Below, piece by piece: positions 20,013-30,331 of a stretch of DNA of 64,000 nt. Location: contig JAUVIR010000001.1 of the NCBI GenBank assembly GCA_030592645.1, positions 38,881 through 102,880 of the forward strand, in the 5' to 3' direction. A program made the translations under genes and the position numbers. The stretch's first letter is position 1. Every line of letters starts with the position of its first letter. The stretch comes from Candidatus Fermentibacterota bacterium. GTDB taxonomy: Bacteria; Fermentibacterota; Fermentibacteria; Fermentibacterales; JCC-6. The notes under the pieces were generated by a model that ran no database searches, was not told the origin of the DNA, and was given only the letters and a program-made list of their open reading frames with translations.

Positions 20013-20756
20013 ATGGAATGGTTTGAACGGTCTGACTTCTGGGAGCTTACTTATCCATTCATGTTTCCGGAAACCAGGATAGAGAAAGCCGAACAGGATG
20101 TTCTTTTACTTCTGAAACTCGCAGATTTTGAAAAAGATGATGTTCTTGACCTCTGCTGCGGCCCTGGCAGATTCGCAATTCCGCTTGCAAGAATGGGATA
20201 CAATGTAACAGGAGTTGATATCACAGGCTTCCTGCTGGATATAGCAAGAAACAGAGCTTCACTTGAAAACGTTGAAATGGAATTGGTTAAAGAGGATATG
20301 CGCAGGTTCAGTCGACCCGAATCCTACGATCTGATATTCAACATGTTCACATCGTTCGGGTACTTCAAGGAAAACTCGGATAACATGCAGGTTCTTGAAA
20401 ATGTGAATGAATCCCTGCGGCAGGGGGGAAAATTCGTAATGGAAACAATGGGTAAGGAAACACTTGCTTCAATATTCCATCAGGTTACAGATGAAGAGAC
20501 AGATGAAGGGCTTCTGCTTATCCAGAGGCATAGAATAGAGGACGGCTGGAACCGTATAGAGAATGACTGGCTTCTGATCGAAGATGAGAGTGTACTTGGC
20601 AGATGGAAATTCTCGCACTGGATCTACAGTGCAGCTGAACTCAAGAGTATGCTTCTCGGTGCAGGTTTCTCTAATGTAGAGATCTACGGTGATCTAAAAG
20701 GAGCTCCCTACACTTCGGAATCGGCCAGATTAATTACCCTATCAACATCCGGTTAA
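20013..20756 (+). CDS. Class I SAM-dependent methyltransferase.
   Basis: Motif I 'VLDLCCGPGRFAIPLARMG' and 'YDLIFNMFTSFGY' are present. Confidence 0.8.
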   Translation: MEWFERSDFWELTYPFMFPETRIEKAEQDVLLLLKLADFEKDDVLDLCCGPGRFAIPLARMGYNVTGVDITGFLLDIARNRASLENVEMELVKEDMRRFSRPESYDLIFNMFTSFGYFKENSDNMQVLENVNESLRQGGKFVMETMGKETLASIFHQVTDEETDEGLLLIQRHRIEDGWNRIENDWLLIEDESVLGRWKFSHWIYSAAELKSMLLGAGFSNVEIYGDLKGAPYTSESARLITLSTSG

Positions 20757-20814
20757 GAATGTAGTATATCTCAGCGTTGACTGAGAACTTCTAAAATTAG
20801 GTGATTCCCATAAT

Positions 20815-21162
20815 ATGAAATTCAATATTATCTTCATTATTGCAGCTTCTCTATTGATACTTAATTTGCCGATTCTCACTTCTTGCGCGGTAAACAGGGT
20901 TATCTATACAGAGAACGTGGAAGTACATGGTTTTCTAATCAGAGTTGTACTTCTTGAATCGCGCGAATTGAACGAACTTGTGATATCCATGCAGGAGCCG
21001 GGACACTCGATCAAGGAGAGAGTCTTCTTTGTCAACTGGGTTCCGCAATTCCTGGAAATAGACGATTACAATGATGATTCAATGCTGGATATCAAGATAG
21101 TCAGCACCAATGATGAGGTGCACTATTTCTACAGCACAGCACTCGGATTAATCGCTGACTAA
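20815..21162 (+). CDS. Hypothetical small lipoprotein.
   Basis: A signal peptide and lipobox 'ILTSC'. No family recognised. Confidence 0.4.
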   Translation: MKFNIIFIIAASLLILNLPILTSCAVNRVIYTENVEVHGFLIRVVLLESRELNELVISMQEPGHSIKERVFFVNWVPQFLEIDDYNDDSMLDIKIVSTNDEVHYFYSTALGLIAD

Positions 21163-21169
21163 CACCGGG

Positions 21170-21928
21170 TTATCTGTTACGCTCTTCGTAAAGGATCGCG
21201 TATCTCACTGCCATAAGTCTGATCGAAGCATCCGCTTCAGGACTCGCGAGAATTTCCCTCCATATTCCAGCCGCCTGGTAATAGTGGCCTGTGACGGTGT
21301 AAATGAGGGCTGCTGCGGCAAGCGCTTCAAATGGAGGGGATTCGTCCATAAGGCATATCTCAAGCTGCCTCAGCGCTTCGTTCGGATCACCCCTGTTCCA
21401 GGCAATCTCAGATTGGATAAGAGCTGCATCGTATTTATGGGCAATCGGCTCGAGCAGCTCTAGAACGGCGCCGGTACCTTCCTGTTTAAGTATGATCAGG
21501 GAAATATTATATGTCGGAATAGACCATTCCGGATCCCTTTGCATCGCGGATTCCAGAAGTCTCCTGACCGACGTTGTATCCCCGGTTTGAAGTACTTCTG
21601 TAGCTTCCCTTACAAGTCTTGCGGATTCAAGACGGTTCTCCAGTGCTTCGGACAGCTCTTGCGGAAGGGGCAGGGTTACTTCTTCTCCCGGTTGAGGACG
21701 CTCTGCGGGGGAATAACCTGACTGTATCGCCAGTACCTCAGCTCCTCCATCGAGCTCAATAGCCCATGCGATGAAAGCCCATCCGTCATTCTCCTGCCAG
21801 GTATATCTGCAGTATTCTCCGGTGGAATACTCATTGATTTCCGGTAGAACAACTGTATCCTGCGTTCCGCATGCGACGAGTAGTGAGATGAGAAGTGAAA
21901 GTGCAATAATAGCTGCTGCTTTAGTCAC
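21170..21928 (-). CDS. Hypothetical lipoprotein with a TPR-like helical C-terminal half.
   Basis: Lipobox 'LLVACG', and a C-terminal half rich in Ala/Leu helical repeats. Confidence 0.45.
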   Translation of the reverse strand: MTKAAAIIALSLLISLLVACGTQDTVVLPEINEYSTGEYCRYTWQENDGWAFIAWAIELDGGAEVLAIQSGYSPAERPQPGEEVTLPLPQELSEALENRLESARLVREATEVLQTGDTTSVRRLLESAMQRDPEWSIPTYNISLIILKQEGTGAVLELLEPIAHKYDAALIQSEIAWNRGDPNEALRQLEICLMDESPPFEALAAAALIYTVTGHYYQAAGIWREILASPEADASIRLMAVRYAILYEERNR

Positions 21929-22923
21929 GAATTCCGCTGCCTTTCCGCGCTTAGTAGTTCTTCCAGTTCAGTGAGAATATCTGCAATATCTTCTCTGCAA
22001 TCCACCCCCACAGCTCTGCCCCTGAGCTCCGCTGCGCCCCTAAAGCCCCGTATATAATTAAGGAGCTGCCCTCTGAAGATACTATGAAGGTGATTCGCCG
22101 GTAAATACTCGCTCATCATCCCGTACTGCTTCCAGATAACGGAAACGATCTCACCTGGAAGGGGATAGGCGTCCTCGGGTTTCCCTGTAGAAAGTCCTCT
22201 GAATATCCAGGGATTACCGAGGGAACCTCTGCCTAGCATCAAACCTGCAGCACCGGTTGAATCAAGAAGGTCAAGCGCATCATTAACGCTTCTCGAATCT
22301 CCATTTGCGATTATCGGAACCGGTGAATTCCGAACGATCCGCTCGATCTCCCGTTTTCTTACTTCTCCTGAAAACATATCCGACCGGTACCTTCCATGCA
22401 CTGCAACTGCTGCAGCACCCTCATCTGCAAGCAAAGCGGGAAGACTGTCCGGGACAGGTTCCTGCGGTGACCACCCGACGCGGATCTTTACAGTTACAGG
22501 CAGGTGTGTATGAGACACTACAGCTCTGATTACAGCGGTAAGTTTTGGAATATCTCTCAGAAGAGCTGAACCGGAACCGCTGTTGACTACTTTCTTTACG
22601 GGACATCCTGCATTGATATCTATAAAATCAAAACCCAGTTTTGAAACAAGCTCGGCTGCTCTCTCAAAATCTTCCGGCCTTTTTCCGAAAAGCTGAACAC
22701 CTATGGGTTTTTCTTCAGGGTGGAAACGTAGAAGTTTGTGTGATTTGACGGATCTTCTTGATAATCCGGCGGCCGCGACCATTTCAGTCACAACCGCTGT
22801 CGCCCCCATTCGGCGGCATATTCTCCTGAAAGCAGAGTCCGTGGCACCGGCCATCGGCGCGAGAACCAATCCATGCGTATATTCTTTTAAACTACTGTTT
22901 GCCATGAAGGCAAACATATACAT
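21925..22923 (-). CDS. tRNA-dihydrouridine synthase.
   Basis: 'LAPMAGATDSAFRRICRRMGA' and the catalytic Cys region 'DINAGCPVKK' point to the Dus family (DusB-like). Confidence 0.88.
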   Translation of the reverse strand: MYMFAFMANSSLKEYTHGLVLAPMAGATDSAFRRICRRMGATAVVTEMVAAAGLSRRSVKSHKLLRFHPEEKPIGVQLFGKRPEDFERAAELVSKLGFDFIDINAGCPVKKVVNSGSGSALLRDIPKLTAVIRAVVSHTHLPVTVKIRVGWSPQEPVPDSLPALLADEGAAAVAVHGRYRSDMFSGEVRKREIERIVRNSPVPIIANGDSRSVNDALDLLDSTGAAGLMLGRGSLGNPWIFRGLSTGKPEDAYPLPGEIVSVIWKQYGMMSEYLPANHLHSIFRGQLLNYIRGFRGAAELRGRAVGVDCREDIADILTELEELLSAERQRNS

Positions 22924-22962
22924 TGGATGACTTACAGTGCAATTACATGATTGAAGTGATAA

Positions 22963-23508
22963 ATGATGGCATGTGATATCTGTCTATTCCTGGACAGCGA
23001 GACCGAAAGCACGATAAGGCGGGCATGGAGCATTCTCAGAACAAGGGGGTTGTCATCTCCGCTGCTGCGTTCAGGAGGCAAACCGCATCTGACCCTTGCT
23101 ATATGGGAGGATCTGGATCCTGAATTCATCCTGGATGACCTTGCGGACTTTGCCAAGACACACAGTGTATTTCCTGTTACTTTCTCTTCAATAGCAACTT
23201 TCGGCCCCGAAAGCGGAACAGTGTTTCTCGGTCCTGTCTTTACACCTTCACTTATAATCGTACACGATCAGCTTTACAGGATATTCAGTGAAATGAAAGA
23301 CTTCTCGGAAGATTACTATCGTCCAGGATCCTGGTTACCACACTGTTCACTGACCCTCGGGCTGCCTCCTGCAGACCTCCCGGAGGCTATCAATACCTGC
23401 ATGGAGATAATCAATCTTCCTATCAGGGGGTGGATCAAGGAGATCGGTCTTCTCACATTCGACCGCGAATCGGTGCATTCTATAAGAAGCTACAAACTCG
23501 GGGAATAA
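22963..23508 (+). CDS. 2H-phosphoesterase superfamily protein (LigT-like 2'-5' RNA ligase or cyclic phosphodiesterase).
   Basis: Two H-x-T/S-x motifs, 'PHLTLA' and 'PHCSLTLG', separated by about 100 aa. Confidence 0.65.
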   Translation: MMACDICLFLDSETESTIRRAWSILRTRGLSSPLLRSGGKPHLTLAIWEDLDPEFILDDLADFAKTHSVFPVTFSSIATFGPESGTVFLGPVFTPSLIIVHDQLYRIFSEMKDFSEDYYRPGSWLPHCSLTLGLPPADLPEAINTCMEIINLPIRGWIKEIGLLTFDRESVHSIRSYKLGE

Positions 23509-23516
23509 AACTTAAC

Positions 23517-23541
23517 ATTTGGTGCCTGGCACCTTTTGTTA
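23517..23541. terminator. Bidirectional rho-independent terminator between convergent genes.
   Basis: A perfect palindrome 'GGTGCC-T-GGCACC' followed by 'TTTTGTT' on the plus strand and preceded by the A/T-rich 'AAACTTAACATTT', which gives a T-run on the minus strand. Confidence 0.6.
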
Positions 23542-23547
23542 AGAATG

Positions 23548-24420
23548 TTACATTTCGATGCCTGACCCCAAATGTTCATCCGCGTGGAAGGAGCTTCTGA
23601 CAAGCGGGGCGGAGGCTACTGAAACAAATCCCATCGATAGTGCTTCATCTTTCCATGCATCGAATTCATCCGGCGTTACATATCTGTCCACAGGCCAGTG
23701 ACTGCGCGAAGGCTGAAGGTACTGCCCAAGTGTGAGCATCGTAACCCCTTTTTCCCTGAGATCCCCAAGCGCGCTTCTGATTTCACTCTCAGTTTCTCCA
23801 AGGCCGAGCATGAGACCGCTCTTCAGAGGAGTGGAGGGAGCAAGACTACCGTACGATTCAAGTACTTCTAGGGACAATCTGTAATAGGCTTCAGGTCTGA
23901 CATCGGGGAATAGACGTTCAACTGTCTCGAGGTTGTGATTGAATACATCAGGTTTCGAGTCCGCAATTAATTTCAGTGCCTCTACACTGCCCCGGAAATC
24001 AGGTGTAAGAACTTCGATCCGGGCTGAGGGTATCTTCGTTCTTACAGCCTCCAGCGTTCGTGCAAAATGCGCAGCACCGCCATCCGGAAGATCGTCCCTT
24101 GTTACAGATGTTATGATAACGTATCTGAGGTTCATCTCCGCCGCAGCTTCAGCCAGCCGCACAGGCTCATTGACATCAGGTTCAGCGAGAAGACCTTCAG
24201 AACGCTCTATGGCGCAGTAACGGCAGGATCTGGTACATATATTGCCCAGGATAAGGAAAGTTGCTGTACCGCGCCCGAAACAGTGCCCCAGATTAGGGCA
24301 CATAGCCTGCCTGCATACAGTATCAAGGCTGTATTTCCTCAGGATGGACCTTACTTTCGCGGCTTCCTCAGAACCTCTCGATGGCATTCTGAGCCATGAG
24401 GGTTTTTTCTTATATGTCAT
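23548..24420 (-). CDS. lipA: Lipoyl synthase (radical SAM).
   Basis: 'CPNLGHCF' is the auxiliary-cluster motif and 'CTRSCRYC' is the radical-SAM CxxxCxxC. The start is chosen at the internal Met ('MTYKKKPSWLRMP'). The longer ORF reaching 24579 overlaps the upstream gene extensively. Confidence 0.9.
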   Translation of the reverse strand: MTYKKKPSWLRMPSRGSEEAAKVRSILRKYSLDTVCRQAMCPNLGHCFGRGTATFLILGNICTRSCRYCAIERSEGLLAEPDVNEPVRLAEAAAEMNLRYVIITSVTRDDLPDGGAAHFARTLEAVRTKIPSARIEVLTPDFRGSVEALKLIADSKPDVFNHNLETVERLFPDVRPEAYYRLSLEVLESYGSLAPSTPLKSGLMLGLGETESEIRSALGDLREKGVTMLTLGQYLQPSRSHWPVDRYVTPDEFDAWKDEALSMGFVSVASAPLVRSSFHADEHLGSGIEM

Positions 24421-25216
24421 TTTCGCACTCACATTCAAGTTCACTGAATCTTTCTGTTTCAAGCTCTTCATGCGGCATGTATTCAAGAGGATTTCCAGCG
24501 ATCGAAGAGAATGAATCATGAAGCGCATTCTCCATATCGGATATCTCAATGTTCGAATCGAATTCATGTATACAGGCAATGCCCTCTGTAAGGTGTTTCC
24601 TGAGGATATTCTTCAAGCCCTCCTTCGTACTGAGGGGAAGATAATCCAGTATTTTCAACTGATCATTCTTGAAAAGTATCGATCCGTGCTCCAGAAATAC
24701 TCCTCTGCTGCGGGCCTGCGCACTTCCGACCAGCTTTCTTCCGTCATGGGTTCCAACCTCCCATTTGCCGTGTGACGTAAAACACGGGTTGGCTGCTGTT
24801 CTGGGACCGCCTGATCTGTGCTTCTCTGTGGGGCTTACTGCAACCTTGATACCGAGAGAATTCATTGCGAAAACCATGGGTGCTGCAGTTTTTTTCAGGG
24901 CTTCGCTTATGGAGCCCGATACTGCAGGGTGGTCAGTAGAAGCGACTATACTGTAGGTCAATTCAGTTTCATGCCATACAGCCCTGCCGCCTGTGGGTCT
25001 TCTAACCAGCCCGTAACCGTCGGCAATAAGCTTTTCCCGGTCGACTTCACGCTGAGTATTCTGAAGCTTCCCTATTGAAATACATGCAGGATACCAACCG
25101 TAGGTTCTCAGAACAAAATCCCAACTCTTTTCCCTCACGAGTTCCATAAGATATCTGTCGAAAGCCATGTTCCAGATACCGTCATGTTTTCCGGTCGCGA
25201 AATGTACAGCTTTCAA
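24410..25216 (-). CDS. Lipoate-protein ligase or octanoyltransferase (BPL/LPL catalytic-domain family).
   Basis: 'RRPTGGRAVWHETELTYS' and a conserved Lys region point to the LplA/LipB/LipM family. It is adjacent to and co-oriented with lipA. Confidence 0.75.
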   Translation of the reverse strand: MKAVHFATGKHDGIWNMAFDRYLMELVREKSWDFVLRTYGWYPACISIGKLQNTQREVDREKLIADGYGLVRRPTGGRAVWHETELTYSIVASTDHPAVSGSISEALKKTAAPMVFAMNSLGIKVAVSPTEKHRSGGPRTAANPCFTSHGKWEVGTHDGRKLVGSAQARSRGVFLEHGSILFKNDQLKILDYLPLSTKEGLKNILRKHLTEGIACIHEFDSNIEISDMENALHDSFSSIAGNPLEYMPHEELETERFSELECECENDI

Positions 25217-25325
25217 GAACCTCTCCTGCCTGTTTTCTTACACCTGAAGTGGAACTATTGTCAATTTGCGCAGTAGAAGGTAGATGATGATAATACACCC
25301 AACGGTATAGCCAGAATGGTGATGA

Positions 25326-26228
25326 ATGAAAACAATATTATTTACTGTGATTATGATTATTATGGTGCTGCCAGCATCCTCTTCAGACGAAGTTTACCGT
25401 GATGCAGGTGCAGGAGCTTTCAGTTTTCTTAAAATCAATCCTGGCGCAAAGGCGGCGGCACTCGGCGGAACAGCCCTCCTGAACAGTAGTTACCTTGCCG
25501 TTTTTACAAACCCTGCTCTTCTTGCATCGATGGATACAGGCTATTTGTCCGCAGGTCATAACCAGTGGCTCGGCGATGCAACCCAGAACTTCCTTTCCTG
25601 GAATTTCAACCTCAGCAGAGTTAAATGCGCCCTGGGAACACGGTTCGTACATGTGGGAAACCTGGAAATGCGGGAGACAGCCACTTCCGAGCCGATTACA
25701 ACCTTTTCCGCATGGGACATATCCATTCATGCTGCAGCCGGCATAAGACTTGGGATATTCGATCTCGGAATAGGTATGAAACTCCTTCGCGAGAAGATAT
25801 GGATGGAAAGCGCAACAGGAATTGCTTTTGACGCCGGGGTAATCGTACATCCGATCACTGGTCTCGATCTCGCTGCATCTCTGCAGCATATTGGACCATC
25901 GGTAACAATGGTGGAAGATGATTTCAGACTTCCTGCAACCTGGAGAATCGGCGGCAGGTACAGTTTTCATTTCCCTCTGGGGGATGCCGCCGTATCAATG
26001 GAACTCGGGAAGCCTCTTGATAACGAGATCTCAGCCGGCAGCGGAATAGAATACACACCGCAGAAATGGCTGAAACTCCGATTCGGAATGAGATTCATGG
26101 ACGATTCGAGAGACTTCACATCGGGTATAGGGCTATCTGCGGGCAGCTGGACACTTGACTACGCTTTCGTTCCTACAGATTACTCACTTGGAACAGTACA
26201 CCGGTTCACCCTCCATAAGTCTCTTTGA
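25326..26228 (+). CDS. Outer-membrane beta-barrel protein, T9SS PorV/PorQ-family-like.
   Basis: A signal peptide, then 'DAGAGAFSFLKINPGAKAAALGG', then an alternating amphipathic beta-strand pattern ending in an aromatic residue. Confidence 0.4.
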   Translation: MKTILFTVIMIIMVLPASSSDEVYRDAGAGAFSFLKINPGAKAAALGGTALLNSSYLAVFTNPALLASMDTGYLSAGHNQWLGDATQNFLSWNFNLSRVKCALGTRFVHVGNLEMRETATSEPITTFSAWDISIHAAAGIRLGIFDLGIGMKLLREKIWMESATGIAFDAGVIVHPITGLDLAASLQHIGPSVTMVEDDFRLPATWRIGGRYSFHFPLGDAAVSMELGKPLDNEISAGSGIEYTPQKWLKLRFGMRFMDDSRDFTSGIGLSAGSWTLDYAFVPTDYSLGTVHRFTLHKSL

Positions 26229-26232
26229 GAGA

Positions 26233-26985
26233 ATGAGAATACTCCTTACAAATGATGACGGATACGACCAGCCCGGCCTTATAGAACTTGAAAACCTGTT
26301 TAAGCATGATCACGAGATCTGGGTTGTGGCTCCTCTGCATCACTGCAGCGGCACCAGCCACGCTCTTGGTCTCTACTCCTCCATGGAACTCAAGGAGGAA
26401 AGCTTCAGAAAATGGTCTCTGGAAGGTACACCTACGGATTGTGTCAAGATCGCGCTGATGGAGGTTATGAAAAGTAATCCGCCTGATCTTCTTGTTTCAG
26501 GGATCAACCCCGGCGCAAACCTTGCAAATAATGTCTTCTACTCAGGAACCGTTGCAGCAGCAACTGAGGCCGCTCTCTGGGACATTACATCAATTGCAAT
26601 AAGTGTCCAGGTAACTTCATCCCACCCGAAACCCTTTTTCAGAACAGCATCATCTGTTCTTAAATCACTGATGGAAAAAGGAATTGCCGGGAAAATACCT
26701 GAAGGAACTATACTCAATATAAACGTACCGGAAATTGAACCTGATCAGATAGCTGGCATGGAATGGACGAAAATGGCGCGTTTTGCTTCTGACATATCAT
26801 TCAGACAGCTTGAGCCTGGAAGAGTTTTCGCATACGACAGATACCGTTCCCTGCCGGTTGTCGATCCACTGTATTCGGATGTGGATGCTATCAGCAGGTC
26901 AATGGTAAGCCTGACTCTGCTGGATTCCAACAGAACCTCCAGCGCTCTCCCACCTGATCTGGAGCTCACTTTCGGAGGCCGCTGA
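26233..26985 (+). CDS. surE: 5'/3'-nucleotidase SurE.
   Basis: 'MRILLTNDDGYDQPGL' and 'GTPTDCV' are SurE signatures. The internal Met is chosen as the start, because the longer ORF overlaps the upstream gene. Confidence 0.9.
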   Translation: MRILLTNDDGYDQPGLIELENLFKHDHEIWVVAPLHHCSGTSHALGLYSSMELKEESFRKWSLEGTPTDCVKIALMEVMKSNPPDLLVSGINPGANLANNVFYSGTVAAATEAALWDITSIAISVQVTSSHPKPFFRTASSVLKSLMEKGIAGKIPEGTILNINVPEIEPDQIAGMEWTKMARFASDISFRQLEPGRVFAYDRYRSLPVVDPLYSDVDAISRSMVSLTLLDSNRTSSALPPDLELTFGGR

Positions 26986-26987
26986 TA

Positions 26988-28769
26988 TTGTCGCTTTTTC
27001 TCCTGCTTCTCATATCAATGCCGGACGCTGTATACCTGCAGCACAGTATTACTCTTGATTGTTCATCACCTGATTCGGGTTATCTCGAAACCACTCGTGA
27101 GATCATTGTGCCGCTTACAGCTGCCGGTGTGGAACGCTACAGCCGAATATCGGCTTCCTTTCGAAAAACATGGGAATCTATTGAAGTTATCGCTTCAGTC
27201 AGCCACTGGCGCTCCGGAAGGGGGGATGACTCAGGGATCCTCCGCGAAGACCCGCACAGCTCACTTCTACATAGTAACAGGCTTGAAAGTTCGCTCAGAC
27301 AAGTATTTATCGAGTTTCCAGGAATAGAAATAGGTGACACTCTCAAGATCGAGATCAGACGGAAGATCAGTTATCTGCCAATGGGTGATTTCTACTCATA
27401 CACTTTCTATGCAGCTTCAAGGGACAGCATCCATAATGCTGTTTTCAAGGTACTCTGGCCCTCCTCGAGAGAGATTCACATTCAATCTGAAGGAGTATTT
27501 GAATACAGGGATTATACCATTGACGGCGAAACGGAATGCATGATCTGGAGATCCTCCCCGCAGACTTCGATTCCCTACCTGCCTTTTTCAAGTGATCCCG
27601 CATCAATAAGCCCCTTTGTAACCGTTTCCAGCCATTCTCCTGAGGATGTAAGCAGGGGACTTTATCCGAAACTCGACCTCAATTGCATGGTTGGCTCCTC
27701 AGCTCTGGCCGATTCCATAATAGGGGTAGCTGGAAACACGCCTGAGGAACTCTCTGTCTGGGTTTCGGAGGAGATAGAATACCTCAGCGGTAACTGGGGA
27801 TCAGATCCGGGCTACTCACCGCGTAACCCTGCGGAGACTCTGGAGGATATGTCAGGCGTATGCAGGGACAAAACAGTTCTGCTTCTCTGGCTTCTGCGCA
27901 GAGCTGGATACCTGCCAACTGCCGTATTAACATCAATCTCAGGCGATATCGGATACTATCCTGGCTCCAGAAGTTTCGACCATGTACTTGTAACTCTGCA
28001 GGATGAAGGCGGGAAAACAATATTCCTTGATCCTACTAACACTTATTCTTCAGATGGTTTCACCTATACACTCAGAGGCAGTGGATATCTTCCTCTGACA
28101 TCCTCCGGTTCGCCAATCGAATACTTTCCGGATAACTCCGCGGATGATGTGCTTTCTATAGTAATAGAAGGCTCTCTTATAGAAGATTCGTCACTTGTCG
28201 CCGGAAATATTTCAGTAAGTTTCGGAGGGGCTGCTGAAGAGCTCTTCAGATCGATGCTCGGGACAGTCGAGCCATCTGAAAGGAATCTGCTTATCGAAAG
28301 GCTATTCGGCCTTCTTCCGGGGTCAGAAATACCTGTTGAAGCGAATCTCTCTTCCATCAATACACCTCTGAGACTGGAAGGAACGGGAAGATGGGAGTGC
28401 GGTATACTGAGGGCCGGAGAATCCTTCTATCTTGTTCTTCCCGGTCTTGAAACATTCGATGCAGTAAGCTCAAGGGCGTCTGCTTACATGCTTCCATCAT
28501 TCAGGGATGATATCTATATCGAAACACCCTATACAGCTCATCTCAGACTTCTTCTCACAAATCTGCCCCACGGTCATCCTGAACTCCCCGAATCCTGCGA
28601 TACAGCGAATTACAGTATCAGTATCACTCTTTCAGACGATTCTCTTCTATTGGAGGAGCGACTTGCACTTCAGCCTTCGATTCCTGACGTAGAGCGCCTG
28701 TGTGTTATCAGGCAGGGTCTTCTTACCGGTCTTTCGGCTTCCGCAAGAACCGTGATGTTCAGAAGATGA
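26988..28769 (+). CDS. Large secreted protein with a DUF3857-like N-terminal region and a transglutaminase-like cysteine-protease core.
   Basis: A signal peptide. 'GVCRDKTVLLLWLLRRAGYLPTAV' matches the transglutaminase-core Cys motif. Confidence 0.55.
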   Translation: MSLFLLLLISMPDAVYLQHSITLDCSSPDSGYLETTREIIVPLTAAGVERYSRISASFRKTWESIEVIASVSHWRSGRGDDSGILREDPHSSLLHSNRLESSLRQVFIEFPGIEIGDTLKIEIRRKISYLPMGDFYSYTFYAASRDSIHNAVFKVLWPSSREIHIQSEGVFEYRDYTIDGETECMIWRSSPQTSIPYLPFSSDPASISPFVTVSSHSPEDVSRGLYPKLDLNCMVGSSALADSIIGVAGNTPEELSVWVSEEIEYLSGNWGSDPGYSPRNPAETLEDMSGVCRDKTVLLLWLLRRAGYLPTAVLTSISGDIGYYPGSRSFDHVLVTLQDEGGKTIFLDPTNTYSSDGFTYTLRGSGYLPLTSSGSPIEYFPDNSADDVLSIVIEGSLIEDSSLVAGNISVSFGGAAEELFRSMLGTVEPSERNLLIERLFGLLPGSEIPVEANLSSINTPLRLEGTGRWECGILRAGESFYLVLPGLETFDAVSSRASAYMLPSFRDDIYIETPYTAHLRLLLTNLPHGHPELPESCDTANYSISITLSDDSLLLEERLALQPSIPDVERLCVIRQGLLTGLSASARTVMFRR

Positions 28770-30331
28770 ATAAATTCATCCTTATCTGTATTCTTGCCGC
28801 ATCATATTCTGCTTCGGCACCATCGGAAGTCTCATTCTATTCAGTTTCCCTCTCGCTTTCGCAGGATACACTTTTCAAGACGATCGAAATCAGGGGTATG
28901 CAGGGGAGTGATCACCTTCTGAGCAGAATCACTCGCGGCTTCAATCCGGAAACCCAATCTGTATCTATTGAAAAGGCCGTATTCGGCTTTCCTGAAGGTG
29001 AATCCGGTCCGATTCCCCACTGGGCTGCGGATACTCTCACAGGAAGCTCCGGCTGGCAGCTTGCCCTTGTCACCGCATTTCCCGCTTTGCGCGCGGGTAT
29101 GATAATTGACTACAGAATTACGGTAAGTGACTGGAGCGGCAACTGGGAATGCGGTATCTGGGCTCTTCTCTCGCCATCCGTTAAAGGAATTCGCCCGGAT
29201 ACATCACGCTTCACTGTCAGTGGGGATATGCTGGAAAATCTCTCCTGGCATGGAACGGGGTACGATGTTACGGAATCCGATGACCGTATCGAGTTTACTG
29301 CAGCGGATTCAGCAGGTCTTCTTGTTATTTCACCTTTCAGCAATTTCGAAGAACTCGAGGATTTTATCCTGCAGGAGACCTATGCTGTTCTTGATTCCTC
29401 TTACCCTCCTGACCTCAGGGAAGCCGCTCTCCAGGCAACATCGGCAGGGGCTTACCAGTACGCCCAGTCCGAAAGGATGAGAAGCCTTATATGCAACAGT
29501 ATAAATCCTTCGCCGATAGTCAGAGGGGGGGATGTATACTCCGTTCGCAGCCTCCAGGAAATACTTGATCTCAGAAGGGGAACACCTCTTGAGACAGCAG
29601 TCCTTTTCGCAGCAATGTGCAGAGAACTGGGTATGGAAGCTGATATTATTCCATCCGGAAGTACCGATTACGGCATTCCCGTTCCATCGGGGTGGAACAG
29701 GTTCCTTGTCAGGCTCGTATCAGGGGAAGGTGATATCTGGTTCATGGAACCCTCTGCTTACCTTACACCCGCATCGTATATCTACAGGCCTGATACTCTT
29801 TACATCATCGAAAACGATAGTATCAGGATCATGCCTCCGAACACCCCCCGGGAGAACAGTGTTCTGGAATACTGGATGATCAATCCTCTAAGCGGAACAT
29901 TCAACCTTGAAATAACATGCACCGGATGGTATGACATGATTCTCAGAAGGAGGTTTGCCGGACTATCATATGAAGAGCTCATCCTGTCACTTTCGCAATG
30001 GTCCTGGCTCAGCGGAAGAACAATAATTCCGGATTCCCTTACTCTGTCGGATCCGTTCGATCTGAGCATCAACATGAAGCTGTCGGTTCATGGAAAGCTG
30101 TGGATGCCTGCTGCTGCATATTCAGCATCAGCAGAATACCTGCCCCTCTTCGACTGGGGGCAAACTGAGTATCTCCCGGTTTCAATTACCAGAGTATGGA
30201 AACTGTCTGGAATCGATACTGTTTACTGTCCGGATAACACCTGTGTGGAAGTTCTTGAAGATGCGGTAATTCTCACTGATACATCGGGAAACAGTGTACC
30301 GTTCCCGGTAGTCTTTGGATTTTCTGAATGA
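28766..30331 (+). CDS. Paralogous DUF3857/transglutaminase-like secreted protein.
   Basis: A signal peptide 'MNKFILICILAASYSA'. 'GTPLETAVLFAAMCRELGMEADIIPSG' is a transglutaminase-like motif. The start overlaps the previous stop (ATGA). Confidence 0.5.
   Translation: MNKFILICILAASYSASAPSEVSFYSVSLSLSQDTLFKTIEIRGMQGSDHLLSRITRGFNPETQSVSIEKAVFGFPEGESGPIPHWAADTLTGSSGWQLALVTAFPALRAGMIIDYRITVSDWSGNWECGIWALLSPSVKGIRPDTSRFTVSGDMLENLSWHGTGYDVTESDDRIEFTAADSAGLLVISPFSNFEELEDFILQETYAVLDSSYPPDLREAALQATSAGAYQYAQSERMRSLICNSINPSPIVRGGDVYSVRSLQEILDLRRGTPLETAVLFAAMCRELGMEADIIPSGSTDYGIPVPSGWNRFLVRLVSGEGDIWFMEPSAYLTPASYIYRPDTLYIIENDSIRIMPPNTPRENSVLEYWMINPLSGTFNLEITCTGWYDMILRRRFAGLSYEELILSLSQWSWLSGRTIIPDSLTLSDPFDLSINMKLSVHGKLWMPAAAYSASAEYLPLFDWGQTEYLPVSITRVWKLSGIDTVYCPDNTCVEVLEDAVILTDTSGNSVPFPVVFGFSE

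Noticed and set aside
24420-24579. A 53-aa N-terminal extension of lipA.
   Set aside because: It overlaps the upstream lipoate-ligase gene, and LipA orthologues begin near 'KKPSWLRMP'. The internal Met was used instead.
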